Position numbers and translations under genes: made by a program
Notes under the pieces: generated by a model
What the model was told of the DNA's origin: nothing
The model's input: the letters and a program-made list of their open reading frames with translations, nothing else
Database searches by the model: none
Shown here: positions 1-13,103 of the stretch, one piece after another
How positions within the stretch are numbered: position 1 is the first letter of the stretch
Layout of the letters: each line of letters opens with the position of its first letter
From: Eledone cirrhosa
Taxonomy: Eukaryota
Direction of reading: 5' to 3'
Assembly (NCBI GenBank): GCA_964016885.1
Contig: OZ024743.1
Span: 371,566,001-371,630,000 of the forward strand
DNA length: 64,000 nucleotides

Positions 1-1503
1 TTGGGCGGGCCCGTACGGACAGTCTGCCAAGACCTTCAATCGGTGATTCCTGCCCTGGCAGGAATTGGCCTCCAGGTCAACTCGGCCAAGTTGGAGGTGG
101 TGAACGTCAGCCTCGATGCTGTGAGCTTTGCAGCCTCTGTCTTGGACGTGCGGTCCATTCTCTGCCAGGTTCAGGTGACCCCCCCAATGAGGATGTCCTC
201 ATCCTCGGGTCACCAATCCACCCGCCGGCCATCCGCTCCATCATCAGGTCCAGGCTTCAACAGCTCCAGACTCTCACGACTGGGTTTGATTGACGGCCAC
301 CCAGCTCTCTTTCTGCTGAGGAACTGCTTCGCCATGCCGAAGCTCCTCCACACACTCCGCAGTGCTCCATGCTACACCCAGACATCTCTCCTCGCTGACC
401 TCGATACTTGTATCCGAGCAGCAGCTGAGGGGATATGCAACGTCAAGTTTGACGACATAGGGTGGCCACAAGCCACTTTACCGGTCAGGTATGGCGGCCT
501 AGGCCTCTGGTCCCCGATCTCTCTAGCTTTGCCGGCGTATCTTTCGTCGGTAACCTCGTGCCGCGTCCTCGTCAGCAGGGTTCTTCAAAACACAACAGAA
601 CCCTCTGTGTTTAGAGAACGTGAGGCCGTCTGTGAGACGTGGGACCGGCTGGGACTTAGCCCAGTAGACGCCCCTCCTCCTTCTCCCTCTGTTGACGTCA
701 AGTCCCCCCAACGCACTTGGGATGCCATCCAGTGCAGCCTGGCCTCAGACAGGCTCACGCGCCAGCTCGACCAGCACCGCCTTGCTTGTTTTCGTGCAGC
801 CTCCAAACCCCACAGTGGTGCCTGGCTCCATGCTCTGCCCTCCTTCTCCACTGGCACGCAGCTAGACAACCATAGCCTGCAAATTGGTGTTTCCCTGAGG
901 CTCGGCCTCCGGACCTGCCATCCACACCAATGACGCTGCGGTTCCACCGTGGACTCTTTCGGCCTCCACCCGCTTTCCTGTCGCCACATTGCCGGTTGCA
1001 TTCCACGCCATACTGCCCTCAACGAGGTCATTAAGCATGGCTTGGACGCTGCAGGCTTCCCTTCCCAGCTCGAGCCGGTGGGGCTGGATCGAGGGGACGG
1101 CAAAAGGCCAGATGGCATGACTATCTTCCCGTTCCGCGGTGGCAAACCCCTCGTCTGGGATGCCACTTGCACCAACACTTTCTGCAGCCGCAACCTGGTG
1201 CAGTCTGCGACTGACCCAGGTTCTGCTGCACATCGGGCTGAGGGGGCTAAACTCCTCAAATACCGGTCGCTCTCCGACAGGTTTGCGGTCGTTCCCCTGG
1301 CAGTGGAAACTTCTGGTGTCCTCGGCCCTAGGGCTACCTCCTTACTCACCACCATAGGCGCTGAGCTGGCCAGCCGTAGGTGTGAGTCCCGCGAGTTGGA
1401 GTGGCTTTTCCAGCGCGTCTCCCTTGCCGTCCTCCGGGGAAACGCCTTCTCCATTCTGTCCACTGTGGCTGTGGGTGGGCCCCATCGTGTACTAATACAT
1501 TAG
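1..1503 (+). mobile_element. 3' part of an RLE-type non-LTR retrotransposon (CRE/Zenon-like): RT C-terminus, CCHC knuckle, restriction-like endonuclease; disrupted
   Basis: Motifs QATLPVRYGGLGL, SGAWLHALPS, CxCG..DSFGLHPLSC..RH, RPDG..WDATC (PD-D/ExK type), PLAVETSG, LFQRVSLAVLRGNA. In-frame TGA at 931-933. Two compensating frameshifts near 180-280 (the alternative frame reads VLILGSPI). Confidence 0.85.
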
Positions 1504-1970
1504 TTAAATACCATTCTTTCATCTCATACAAATATTCTTGCTTAAGGTTTCCAAATGTATAGAAACACGCAAAGATTTACTTCACTTCATAAATGAACAA
1601 AGAATAGGTTATTAAGAGTTATAACAGTTGAAGATGTTTTTGACGTTGCTCCATTATGCTGGTGTAGTCTGTGGCCAGAGGTGAGAAGTCTGTAGACCAG
1701 CAGAGAGAGTAAAGATCTGTAGAAGTCTGTAGACCCCCAGGGGCCTGTAGTTAGAGGTGAATGTTTTGCATAGCTATTCTCTCACATACTGCTCCGATCT
1801 CCTTTTGCTTGGTCTGATACAGGGTATTTACCTGTCGTTATCTGTTTCCCGCCTCGAGGGATCGCCCACGCATGAACTTGTTTACGCTGAAAAGGAGGTG
1901 ACCCAGAATTTGACCTTTCTGTATCACCCAGGGTTCAAGGTGTGGGCAGATTTCGCTACAAGAATACATG

Positions 1971-2441
1971 GCACCCTCCAAGCAGAAACCTTCATCATGC
2001 CATGGTCATAGTGCAGAATATTCTCAACCCCCTCACAGGATATGCTAATAGCATTGGCTATTTGATTTATCACCTGTTATCCATCACAATGTGGTGAACA
2101 CAATCAATGTTTTCCTCGGTGGTGGCAATTGCAGGATGTCCAGACCTTGGGCTATCTTCAAGATTCTCCCTTCCCCTCCTAAATTCAGCTGCCCACTTTT
2201 GCACTGTTGATAAAGCTGGAGCATCATCTCTTAATGTAGCAACCATGTCAGCATGAATGTCCTTGAGAGCTAAATCCTTTTCCTACAGGTACTTGATAAC
2301 ACCATGATGCCAAATTTTGTCCATTTTCAAGAGACTAATGTAGATATTAATAAGAAGAGCTGAAATTAATGCATGCAAGATTTCAAACTCTAGCATCACT
2401 CCTTTATAGTTGGCCTATGGTCTTTTCAGCCCACCCTCGTA
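1971..2441 (-). mobile_element. Mariner transposon 5' fragment (TIR plus transposase HTH region)
   Basis: Minus strand reads MDKIWHHGVIKYL..KDIHADMVATL..KWAAEFRRGRENLED..SG.PA..KVSAWRVP. The end TTTTCAGCCCACCCTCGTA near 2441 looks like a mariner TIR plus TA. Confidence 0.75.
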
Positions 2442-2489
2442 TATGATTCAGTATGACCATTACTCAATTATTTTTTTAATCTGTGATAT

Positions 2490-2640
2490 TCAAGACGTAC
2501 GTGGGAGCTGAATTACAGACAATGAAGTTCTTGTAATTGTTGGCGGATTTTCTTTCTGAAGTATCAGGTAATGCTGGTGAAGGTACTTGACTATTCCAGT
2601 GTCTCAGCCTCGTTATCAACCGTAGCAATACTGTGTCATG
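2490..2640 (+). mobile_element. Degenerate 3' remnant of a CRE-like RLE retrotransposon
   Basis: Translates to ADFLSEVSGNAGEGT*LFQCLSLVINRSN, matching the C-terminus of the copies at 1-1503 and 6050-6950. Confidence 0.6.
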
Positions 2641-4489
2641 GCGTGCCTCAAACATTTTTAGAAGGAAACACCTGCATTCCCTGCTGTGATGATTAATTGA
2701 ATATGTATGTATTTTCCCGCTGTACTTTTTTTTCTGATTTTCTTTTCATGTCTCATTATAAAAATATAATAAAATAAAGTCTACAGTTATTTGTAAGTTT
2801 GTCAGAATTTGATTATAAAATAGATGGAGCTTTATTGGCGATCACACCAGCTATTAAAAATTACCAAAACTGTCTTCAATCTATTTGCTATCGTCGTAAA
2901 AAAAAGGAACATTTATTGCAGAGTCAATTGGGGTTTACTCTATTGTTTAAACTTGTATAAAGATGGATGGTTGGCCACAAAATGTTTTTCTTTTTCGTTT
3001 CGAAAATACTTGAGAAGGGACGCAGCATGATAAATTATTAAAACTGGACAGTGAAATAGTTAGGTAACATTATAGACACACTGCACCATTAATATTTCAT
3101 AGCTTTTATATTTTTATATATTTGAAACCCTATTTCGCTTGGAAGTTTTAAACTCTGCTTCAAAATTGAAAGTCTTAATCTGTTTGCATTAAAAAAAAAA
3201 TCAATAATGTACCAAAACACAATTGATTGAAATTGAAAGTTTTTCATCTTCCGAAGATTCTGGAAATTACAAAACTGTAAGGTTTGTAATATATCAGAAA
3301 GACAATGGTTGTTTCAATGTTTTGTTTCAGTTGAAAATTGTTTAGAAAAATGCTCGTATTATGATTTAAGTTCACACACACTTCCTACTTTCTTTTGTAA
3401 TTGTTTGAAAACATCATGGTTTTAAATTGTATTATTTTCCAATTTATACATTTATACACATTGGACAGAAAAATCATTTTATTGTGATTTAAGAGTCAAA
3501 AATTATTTAGGCTAATTTAATTCTTAAAATAAACGGAATGAATTTAATAATTTTTTCTTTCCGTTATCACGTATTTTAAAAATAGTTTTATATATTATAT
3601 AAGTAGGTATATTATTTGAATTTATTCCGAAACAATAATTTTTCTTAAATATATTTTCTATTATAATTAGATATAAAATACCATAAAATGAGTGAAAATA
3701 TGGAAAAAAAAAAAATGATTTCAAAAAAATCTTTCTGATAACATCTGTATCTCCCAACTGGGCACTTCTCTCTGATGTAACAATGTCTTACTTCGACTGA
3801 AACCTAAGTAAAAAAAACTATACATACACCATATACGTGTATAAGTCGCATGCTGGTTTTTCACGTTTTTTTTTGTGTGGGAAAACACACGAGTATATAC
3901 GGTTTATGTATGTTTGTATACACGCATGTTTCTGTGTGTATAAATTAATTGAAATCTGAAACAAATTTTCAGAAATTTTGGTATACCCTTTTTATATATT
4001 TTTATTTTGAGAAAATTGTGCTGCGAATATTCAATTTTTAAAATATATTTTGTGGGAATGTTTCACCTTGAGTATAAAACCTCAAGCACAAAAATGGTAC
4101 CTACTTTTTCGTTGTAAATCTTCGCCTAACCAAAATAATGAGATTTGCTCGCCTCTTTTAGCTAATCTCCAAGTTTAATATTTAATGTCATAGAATCAAC
4201 AGTTTACCATAGGTTTTCTTAAACTATTTATGGAAGTCGTGTATATTGTATTTTCTGGCAAAATGTTCCACCACATTTTGAGAAAAGACATTTCCCCTAA
4301 TATATATATATTTTTAGATGGAACTTATTTACAGTTGTATAAACAACATTACCAATATGTTTTAAATATATACATAAATAACATTATTAATTGCTCAGAA
4401 TAACATTACAAATATAATGTCGTTGATAAACACAAATATAAACGCTTAAAAGAAAGAAAAGAAAGAAGGGGGGAGCAAAAACAAAAACG

Positions 4490-4710
4490 ACCATCAGTTC
4501 ACCACCAAGTGCAACAATCGGCCGTATATCACATCGTAAGTATTAACTGAGGCAAGCCAATACGTTCGCAGCATTACCATGGGTGATGGCGAGGCTAAGG
4601 CACTGAAACAGCCCGGCACCCTCACGGGCATCACTTGACACCTCAATTAGGCGAGCCGCCATCGATGACACGAACTTCGCTGTCAGTGGCCCAACTCCAC
4701 CAAATGTCTC
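4490..4710 (-). mobile_element. 3' remnant of a CRE-like RLE retrotransposon
   Basis: Minus strand GPLTAKFVSSMAARLIEVSSDAREGAGLFQCLSLAITHGNAA. Nucleotide similarity to 6040-6255. Confidence 0.7.
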
Positions 4711-4958
4711 GAAGTTCTTGCATATTTCTTTAATTTGTGTTCATTCCTTCTCACTTCATTTCTATTTAGCTGGGGGGAAAGGTTGCACCTATCGATCTGT
4801 TCCTTTACATTAATAATCTCAAAGGCTTCAGTTGAATCGTCTCTTTCCCCTTCTTCAAGTGTAGTTAGTAATAATTTCTTTAATTTTGCTTCGTTTGGCA
4901 GTTTACTGTATTTGCTGCCCGGCGATGCAATAGGTATTGGTCCCATAGAAGAAAACAT
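4683..4958 (-). CDS. Possible first coding exon or short ORF of an unknown minus-strand gene (MFSSMGPIPIASPGSKYSKLPNE...)
   Basis: ATG at 4958, protein-like composition, next to a CpG-containing region. Only a weak donor (AG|GTGCAA near 4789), and the 3' end runs into a TE remnant. Confidence 0.25.
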   Translation of the reverse strand: MFSSMGPIPIASPGSKYSKLPNEAKLKKLLLTTLEEGERDDSTEAFEIINVKEQIDRCNLSPQLNRNEVRRNEHKLKKYARTSRHLVELGH

Positions 4959-6039
4959 CTTGCTTAAAGCTCTGATAACACTTTCACTCACTTATCATTT
5001 TATTGTCTGTTATTTTATATATACCGTTACCAAAGCGAAATATCACCCCATTAAATCTTCAAATTAGCGTCGTGATACAACGGAAGAATTCGCTGAAAAT
5101 AAACGCTCATTTGACATTTTTATTTATTTTTTATTTTGTTGTGTTTTTTAAGACTTTTGTACTAAGTTCTGGCTTATATTTTTAATAACTTTATTTTCAG
5201 TTATTCATTTCGGTAAATTTATAGAACACTCCTCGATTTCAGTGGGTAATAATTATTTTTCCTATTTCTTTTTTCTGTATGCTATCAACTAATCTGACCT
5301 CAAAACATGTTTCAAAGGTCTTTAAAGGCCCTTTTTTACTCGGAAAGCGCAGGGGTGGGGGGTCAGATCTCCCCCTTCCCAAGTTTTCATTAGCATTAAA
5401 ACGTTTTTTTTTTCATGTGTTATCAACTAATCTGACCTCCGTTGATAACATGAAAAAAAACGACTAGCTTTGTAAAAAAAAAAAAAGTGGAGTGTCCTCA
5501 GAATTTTCAGATCTACGCCACCCACGCGTTTGGTGGGAAATAGTTTCTTAACGAGTTATCGACGAATCTGACCTCCAAACACACTAATCATAACACCAAC
5601 CCTAACCCATCCGACATTTATCGTCAGGTACGGTTAACTAAAAAACGAATAATATAACATAAAAAAAAAAAAAATGATAAAGAAAACTCCGGCGGGGATT
5701 CCGAGGTTTCCACATTCTTCCCCACCTTATTCTGGGGGGAGGAGTCCTTCGGGAGGGGTGTTCTATAATAATACTTTCTTTTCTTGAATCCCTTTGATAC
5801 TATTAATCTGGCTCTGTTACTATGAAACAAAAACCACCACTTTTAAAGAGCTATATGTGTAGATTTTTTTTATTATTCAGTTGTATAAATAACAGATTGT
5901 TAATAATTCTTACAAAATTAAAATATATAATTGTTTCTACTTTAGGCACAAGGCCAGCAATTACCCAGTGCATTATTAGGAACCTCACAAATATAATGTT
6001 AAAAAATATCAAAACGGGAGAAAAAAAAAAACAAAAACA

Positions 6040-6950
6040 GCCATCAATTCACCACCAAGTGCACCAATTGGCCACACACCACACGGGTCAACAGAAAATT
6101 TTGAAGTAAGCCAACATGCTTGCAGCATTACTGTGGGCAATGGCGAGGTTAAGGCACTGAAACAACCAGGCACCCTTACGGACATCACCTGACACCTCAG
6201 TAAGGTGAGCTGCTAACGATGACAAGAATTTCACTGTCAGTGGCCCAGCTCCACCAGAAAAAATAGTTATTTGATAGTTCCGGGATTTGGGGATTTTATT
6301 CTGTTTGGCAATGGAAGCAGTGACCCTCACATTTACTGCATCATCCATGATGTGGGAGGAAGCAAAACAGTCACTGACTGACATCGCAGATGAGACACCT
6401 GCCTCTTACCCAGGGAAAAGGGTAAGGCCATCTAGTCTCTTCCCATCAATTCTGGATAATCCAGCCGGCTCCTGAACTGGGAGGATACATACCCAAGCTA
6501 GAGCCTGCTTAATGATTAGGTTTAATTTGGTGTGGTGAGCGAAGCAACCTGCATTCAAGCAGCAAGACAAGCCACGGAGGCCTTTTGGAGTCAAGGGACC
6601 TGCCACAGTGACATCTCAGATACCCACAGACATCGGTGCAATGAAGATGCAGAGCTTGTCTAGACCAAGAAGACCACCAATATTGGCCACAGGCTGGGCA
6701 TCAACCCATTCCCTCAAGAATTTTGTGCTTGCAGAAAGTAAGCGGCACCTTGAAAATTGATCAGATTGATCAAAGAAAGAGTTAAAGGTGTCACTCAAAT
6801 GCAGATTGTCCCATTCTCTCTGCTTCAGTCTATCCTTGTCAGTATCATGAATTGACAAATCTAGCTGTCTCCACTGTAGTAAAGCTTCACTCATCTCCCT
6901 GATGGAACTAGTCCATTCATGCTGGAAATGAAAGGATATCACCTACTAAA
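6040..6950 (-). mobile_element. Degenerate CRE-like RLE retrotransposon fragment
   Basis: ORF fragments EPAGLSRIDGKRLDGLTLFP, HHTKLNLIIKQAL, GAWLFQCLNLAIAHSNAA, LKQREWD. Confidence 0.75.
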
Positions 6951-7789
6951 GAGAAGCAGCATTTGGAATTATGGACATGAGGGCCCTTATGACCTAGTTC
7001 ATCAGTTAAGCTATCTTAGTAATCTACTAATATAACAGCCTTGTGTATTTGTCCGTCACACACTAGAGATGACTGAGATTCGTCACAGCTGTGTGTTTGT
7101 ATCACTTGAGTGAGTGAGTAGGAAGGAACCAACTAACTGATAAACATCTCTTTTTTATATATTAAGTATAGATATTACAATTAGCTAGCCTATATATAAA
7201 TTTGAGCAACTTCCATCTGTCTGCCATACAGTGTGTGAATGTGTGGGTGTGTAAAAGAAAGGAAGGGATAGTGAAAACACTATAGCAAAACAGCAACTGG
7301 TGTTCCATTTGCTATGTATGTGTATTTTTGTAAGTGTGCCTGTGTTTGCGCATTTATATACTTATACTTATACATATAGACATGCGTCAGCGTGTTGAAA
7401 GAAATCCTAGTGTAATAATAATTTTCGTAAATCCCTCAAAATTGTTCATTAACTAACTAAAATAGAGTGTATTTCATTATATGGCCATGAAAGGGCTAGA
7501 ATATATTTTAGCAGCGTAAAATATTCATTGTCACCATCTAAGTTAGATTTACATTTGTTTCTTCCCATCCAACTAACAAAATGTTGCAAACAGTCCATGC
7601 ATCTTTTTAAATAATAATTCTGACCATGACAAAAACAGAAAAAAAATAAAAACTTCAATGTTGACACTGAAGATTTTACACTGCTAAAATATATTCTAAC
7701 TAATCTCTTAATATTTTAAAATATATTAATCTTCTCCATTTCTATTTCCTCTTTTTGTTTGTTTTCTTGATGCATTATATACATATCTA

Positions 7790-8560
7790 TCTAGGGCGGG
7801 TAAAATTCCCGAGATCCATGGACGAGTTCTCTCCAGTGGTCTCTGTCCCTCATTATCACTGCCATGTCCTGCGTCTGCAACAGACCAGTCTCTGTCCTTA
7901 GGGCATCAACATACGTTATCCTTGGTCTTCCTCTTCCAGTGTGTCCATGATCATCACGCAAATTTTATATAGACTCTACAATATTTCCAAGCAAGTACCA
8001 TTTATCTGAACACAAATACTAGGGCATTCATATAGGGACTTTGAGGCATCAAAAAGCTGTTCATTGATCCCATACTGCTGCAGAACCTTCCAAAACAGGT
8101 CCCATGGAATGCAGTCATATGCCTTGTCAAGGCCTACAAACCAAGTATACACCTATTAGCAATACTCCCACAATTTCTCAAAGACTTGCTGCAGTGTTAA
8201 TATCTGATCAGCTGTGCTGCTTCCAGGGCAAAAACCACACTCTGTTCGTCAGTTAACTTGGACTTGATAATATTCCTACATCTCTTTGCCAGACACTTTG
8301 GATAGACTTTACCAAGGAGGCTTAACGAGGAGATCCCTCTATAATTGTAGCAGTCTCTCTTGCCTCCCTTTTTGAAAATTAGGATTATCACGTCTGATTG
8401 CTATTACTTAGGTGCCTTTTCAGAGATCAAGGCTACCTGGCAGAGCATGTCTTGTCTATTTAAGGCTTTTTAAAACCTTGGGTCGAATTTCATCCTCCCC
8501 AAAGGTCTTGTTGCATTTGAGTGCTTTAATTGCTCAGGTGACTGCTAGAGAATGGGTCAC
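7790..8560 (-). mobile_element. Old RTE-type LINE fragment
   Basis: IFKKGGKRDCYNYRGISSLSLLGKVY, GLDKAYD, and GRGRPRITYVDAL near the 3' end; many stops. Confidence 0.65.
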
Positions 8561-9063
8561 AGGTGGTGGATAGCAATACTGCCACCATGTGATGGAGCAA
8601 TTGATGACACTGTTGGCTTTCAAAAAAACTATCACAAACCAGTGAGTAAAGGTCACTTCTAAAAGACCTAGTCTTCATGGGTCTAAGAAAATTACCAAAT
8701 TGGTGGCTGAAGTGGTCAGATTCAATAAAAGCAAGCCTATATAATGGTGTATATACAATATAATAACCATGTGAGAGTTTTTCTATGAATATTTTAAGCT
8801 CTGATTATATCCCAGCTATCTCAGTAGCATCTGAGAATGCTAGACACCGGTTTCTGGATTTTTATCCTTCATTGATGACATTCAATCGGTACTGAAGCGA
8901 GAATAGACTGAGGGGCCTCAGTTGTGTCAAAGACATGACAACCCCTCCTGTGCACTCGGTGTAGTGTCAACTGTACATAAAGCAAGACACTTGGAGATCT
9001 GTGTCCTTGCTTCAGTACTGACTTGGTCTATGTAGACCTGTCCAACCCCTGCTAGCAGGGAAA

Positions 9064-11830
9064 TCATCATCATCATCGTTTAACGTCCATCTTCCATGCT
9101 AGCATGGCTTTGGACAGGAATTTTCCCACTTGAGGCAAGATTGGTTGTCATGCTCGTATAGGACTGTCTAGCGGGTTTTCTACAGCTGGATGCCCTTCCT
9201 AACACCAACCACGTTTATAGTGTGGACTGGGAGGTTTTTACCATGTTACCTACACAGCCACATTACAGCGTGGACTGTTTTTTTTGGTCGTGACACCTAC
9301 ACGACCTCATTTATTTAGGACTGGATGTTGTGGTACCAACATAACTTTACATCGAAGGGTGGGGGGGTGGGGGGATTTTGGTAAGAGGTGCCTACTGACT
9401 GTAGGTTTCGCTTTGCACTTAGGCAAGGTGGGTCTTCTGTATTACTGCGTAGCGCCAAAGATCTCGGTCCAGTAACATTGTCTTGGAGAGGTGTAAGTGT
9501 GTGAGGTCGGAATTTATCAAGTCGTCCCAGGTTTTTCTGGGTCTGCCTACTCCGTAGCTACCGTCTATTTTGATCGTCCTGCACTTTTTTATACAGCTGT
9601 CGTCTTTCATGCACATCACGTGACCATACCAACGTAGTCTTCTCTCGATTAAACAGCATCTGATCCCTCTTATTCCTAATTTCTCACTTAGTTCATTTAT
9701 GCTTTGCCGTTCACGTATATTACTATTGCACATCCAACGGAGCATGCAAGCTTTGTTCCTCTCCATTCTGCATAGATCCTCTGCACACAATGCCCAAGTC
9801 TCACTGCCATGTAACATTGCTGTTCGTATGCAAGCATCATACAGCCTACCTTTGATTTTTAGAGAGAAACCTTTAGCGGCCAATAGTGGTATAAGCTGTC
9901 TGAACTTTTTCCATCCCGTTCTGACTCTAGCTACTGTACTTTCAGAGCACCCTCCACCACTGCTGATTTTGTCACCCAGGTAACAGAAGGTGTCCACTAT
10001 TTCTATAGAACCATCTGGAATGGGCTAGTATTCTGTGGGCACTTGCTGCTATTTATTGCACCTGAGCACCGGCCACATATAAAATCTATATTCTTAGTTA
10101 GCTTACCTGTAATCCCACTACATCTTTTATGCACTTATACTTTACATTTGGGACATAAAATGGAGTTTCTGCCTACTCCTTTCCTACACACTGAGCATGG
10201 CCATTTCCCAGATGGGACCAGTGCCCTATTTTCCTTCCTACATACTAGAACTTTAGTCTTAGACAGGTTAATTTTAAGGCCTTTTGATTCTAGGCCATGC
10301 TTCCATGTTTGAAATTTCTTCTCTAGTTCAGCCATTGATTCAGCTATAAGCGTTAGATCATCAGCGTATAAGAGTTCCCATGGGCAGCCGGTCTTGAACT
10401 CCTCTGTTATAGCCTGAAGGGCAATAATAAATAGGAGGGGGCTAAGGACGGAGCCCTGATGAACACTAACTTTTACGCTAAACCCTTCACTATATTCGTT
10501 GTTAATTCTAACCTTGCTGACTGTTTCTTTATACATGGCTTGTATAGCTCTCACAAGCCATTCATCAACACCTAGTTTTCTGAGAGCCCACCAGATAATG
10601 GGGCGTAGAAGTTATCTTCTGTAGTAGTTGTACAATGAAAAGAGCGTCTGTGGTACTTTTACCTGAGACAAACCCGAACTGCATTTCATCCAGATCAATT
10701 CGCTCTCTGATTAGTTGTGCTATTACTTTTTCTGTGACCTTCATTACCTGGTCAATTAATTTAATGCCTCTATAGTTTCCCCTATCTAGGGCATCTCCTT
10801 TACCCTTGTAGCAGTTAATGATGATGCTGCTACGCCAGTCCTTCGGTACGACCCCATTCTGTATGACTTGGTTTATTATATGGGTGACCATAGTGTGTTC
10901 CACTGTTCCAGATGCATTATAGGTCTGCTCCAGCCACAGACTTCATCTGTCGCCTTCAGCAGGTTAGCTTTCAGGAATTCCCACTGTACCTCTATATTGT
11001 ACGACTCTAATTGCTCTTCCTTACTGTCAAAAGTATCAAGTAATATGCTTTTAAATTTATTACTGGCTGTGGGGTCCTTTAGCTTCCATATTTTTCTCCT
11101 GAAGATAGCCCCCCTCTGTTGTCGAGTACGTCTTGTCCTGACTATGAGATCGCTAACTATGAGTCTATGTTGGGAGGTGCATTCTTCATGGGGTAGGGAT
11201 TTAGTGTTTACAACAGACACTCTATCACGTCTTCTGGTAAGGATATAATCTATCTGACTGTCACAGTAGTTCTATTTAGGACAAGTCTTATTTTAATTAT
11301 TCTGTTGTTCACTCTATTTACGTCTATTATCTTATCTGCCCATTTTTCAGCTAGCATGATTCCTACCCCACTCAGCCCGTTGTCATTTCCCACCCAGAAA
11401 AGCTTATAGCATCGTTTTTTACCTACAATGAATCTAGCAGACCCACCCCTCCAACTGGTCTCTTGGATACAGCAAACATCAACCTCCTTACGTTCAAGCA
11501 TTTCTACAACCTTGTTAGAGCGACCTTTTAAGGTGCGTGCCTACATTTATGGTACCAACTCTGAAGTTTTGGATTGCGTTTGGTGGGTGGGGACGGTGGG
11601 GTACAGGGAGGAGTGAGAGAAATGGGGTTATGTTGGCCATCCACGGCCGAAATAAAGAGGAGGAGTACTTGCATTTTCGTCCGGCAGCATGAGGTGAATT
11701 TGTCTTTATCTTTGGCATTGTCCATCCATCATATCGAAAGGCAACCAGATCTAAACTTAAGAAGTGATAGCATAGGCCGCTGACTTATGATTGGTCCAAG
11801 TAATAATGGTGGCGAGTAGGGCGGGTGGGA
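9064..11830 (-). mobile_element. RTE-clade LINE (long-3'UTR subfamily A), near full length with internal deletions and frameshifts
   Basis: APE N-terminus (RVGTINVGT..DVCCIQET), RT (YKGKGDALDRGNYRGIKL, HQGSVLSPLLF, LLYADD), Cys/His finger, RRLRWYGHV..GRPRKTW, (CAT)n tail at 9064-9077. Confidence 0.92.
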
Positions 11831-12954
11831 GGGTTATGGGGTAGTTAGCGAGAAGGTTTAAATAAAATCCTCGAATTTTGGGCATAATTGAACAAGCATA
11901 TAACAGAATTATGGGATTTTAAAATGCAAGAAGATTATTTTGAAAAATCAGACAGAATTATAGAATAGCATTGAAAAAAAGCAAAGATTGGATTCTGGAC
12001 GATGATATGGATAGATGAATGGACCGGGGTAAGATGGAGAGAAGAGAAAAAAAAAGCAGACGTTAAAATGATGATGATATATTATGATGGAAATGGCTTT
12101 TATGGATTAAGCGCACCTAGACGCTATAAGTCCTTTCACCCCTACCCCATTTATTTATTTAATTGATTATGCACATCTCTCACAAATTTGTGGTCTTGTG
12201 CCAATGAGAGAAATCATTATTACTGGAGGTAACAACATTCTAGAAACCACAAGAAGAGTCATCTATGAAAATAGATAACATTTTTGATGAATCCTTTAAC
12301 CCAAAGCCACCAGTGGCTGCTGTAAAAGAAAATAGGTCCAACCATAGAACATAAAGAATCAACGAAGTTCCGAGCTTCTTTAAGATAGTCTTCAGGTATT
12401 TGTAACATTAAAACGATGCTGACTGGTCAATTAAAAAGATTTAAAAAGAAATGAATTTCTGAATATATGGAAATAAGTACTGCCTTTGAAGCAACACATA
12501 ATGATGTGCCAATGGAAGTAAGTGCAAATGAATTTCTAGATGTGCTAGAAATTAGTAAAGAGTCTGTTTTAAGGGATTTTTTTCCACAAAAACGGAACAC
12601 CTCACAAATGTGGGTAAAGAATACAAATCATGGAAATATATTACAACAAGAATGTACAAGCAATATTAAGAATATAAAAAAATTGTGCCACTAAAACTAG
12701 GGAATAATTTGTTCACCAGCTGATTCCATTCTTATGTTGATTATAGGATATTCATTTACTTTACATTGGTAGTGTTTCTCTCCCTACACTCTGCACCTGA
12801 TATTCTTATATGAGTGCCTGTTCAGTCCATGGTCATTGCCCTCTTCCTTTGAAGACAGATATTTTTTTCGTTTTGTAAATAAAATAATTTTCCCTTTATT
12901 TTAATTTAAGTATACTGTGTATGTATCCACATACATACAAGTCAGTCACACATG

Positions 12955-12960
12955 TATATA

Positions 12961-13050
<90 letters not shown>
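12955..13050. repeat. (TA)n microsatellite just upstream of the HMG exon acceptor
   Basis: Long interrupted TA run. Confidence 0.95.
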
Positions 13051-13059
<9 letters not shown>

Positions 13060-13103
13060 ATGTTTGTTTGTATATATGTATATCTCATTTCAGAAAATCC
13101 ATC

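Noticed and set aside
5595-5610. Telomere-like AACCCTAACCC
   Set aside because: Fewer than two full units; expected by chance.
12467-12694. Possible upstream coding exon of the HMG gene
   Set aside because: No recognisable domain, and its best donor (TGG|GTAAAG, phase 0) does not match the phase needed at 13094.
12921-13093. YI-repeat N-terminus on the HMG ORF
   Set aside because: Translation of an intronic (TA)n microsatellite upstream of the acceptor at 13093.
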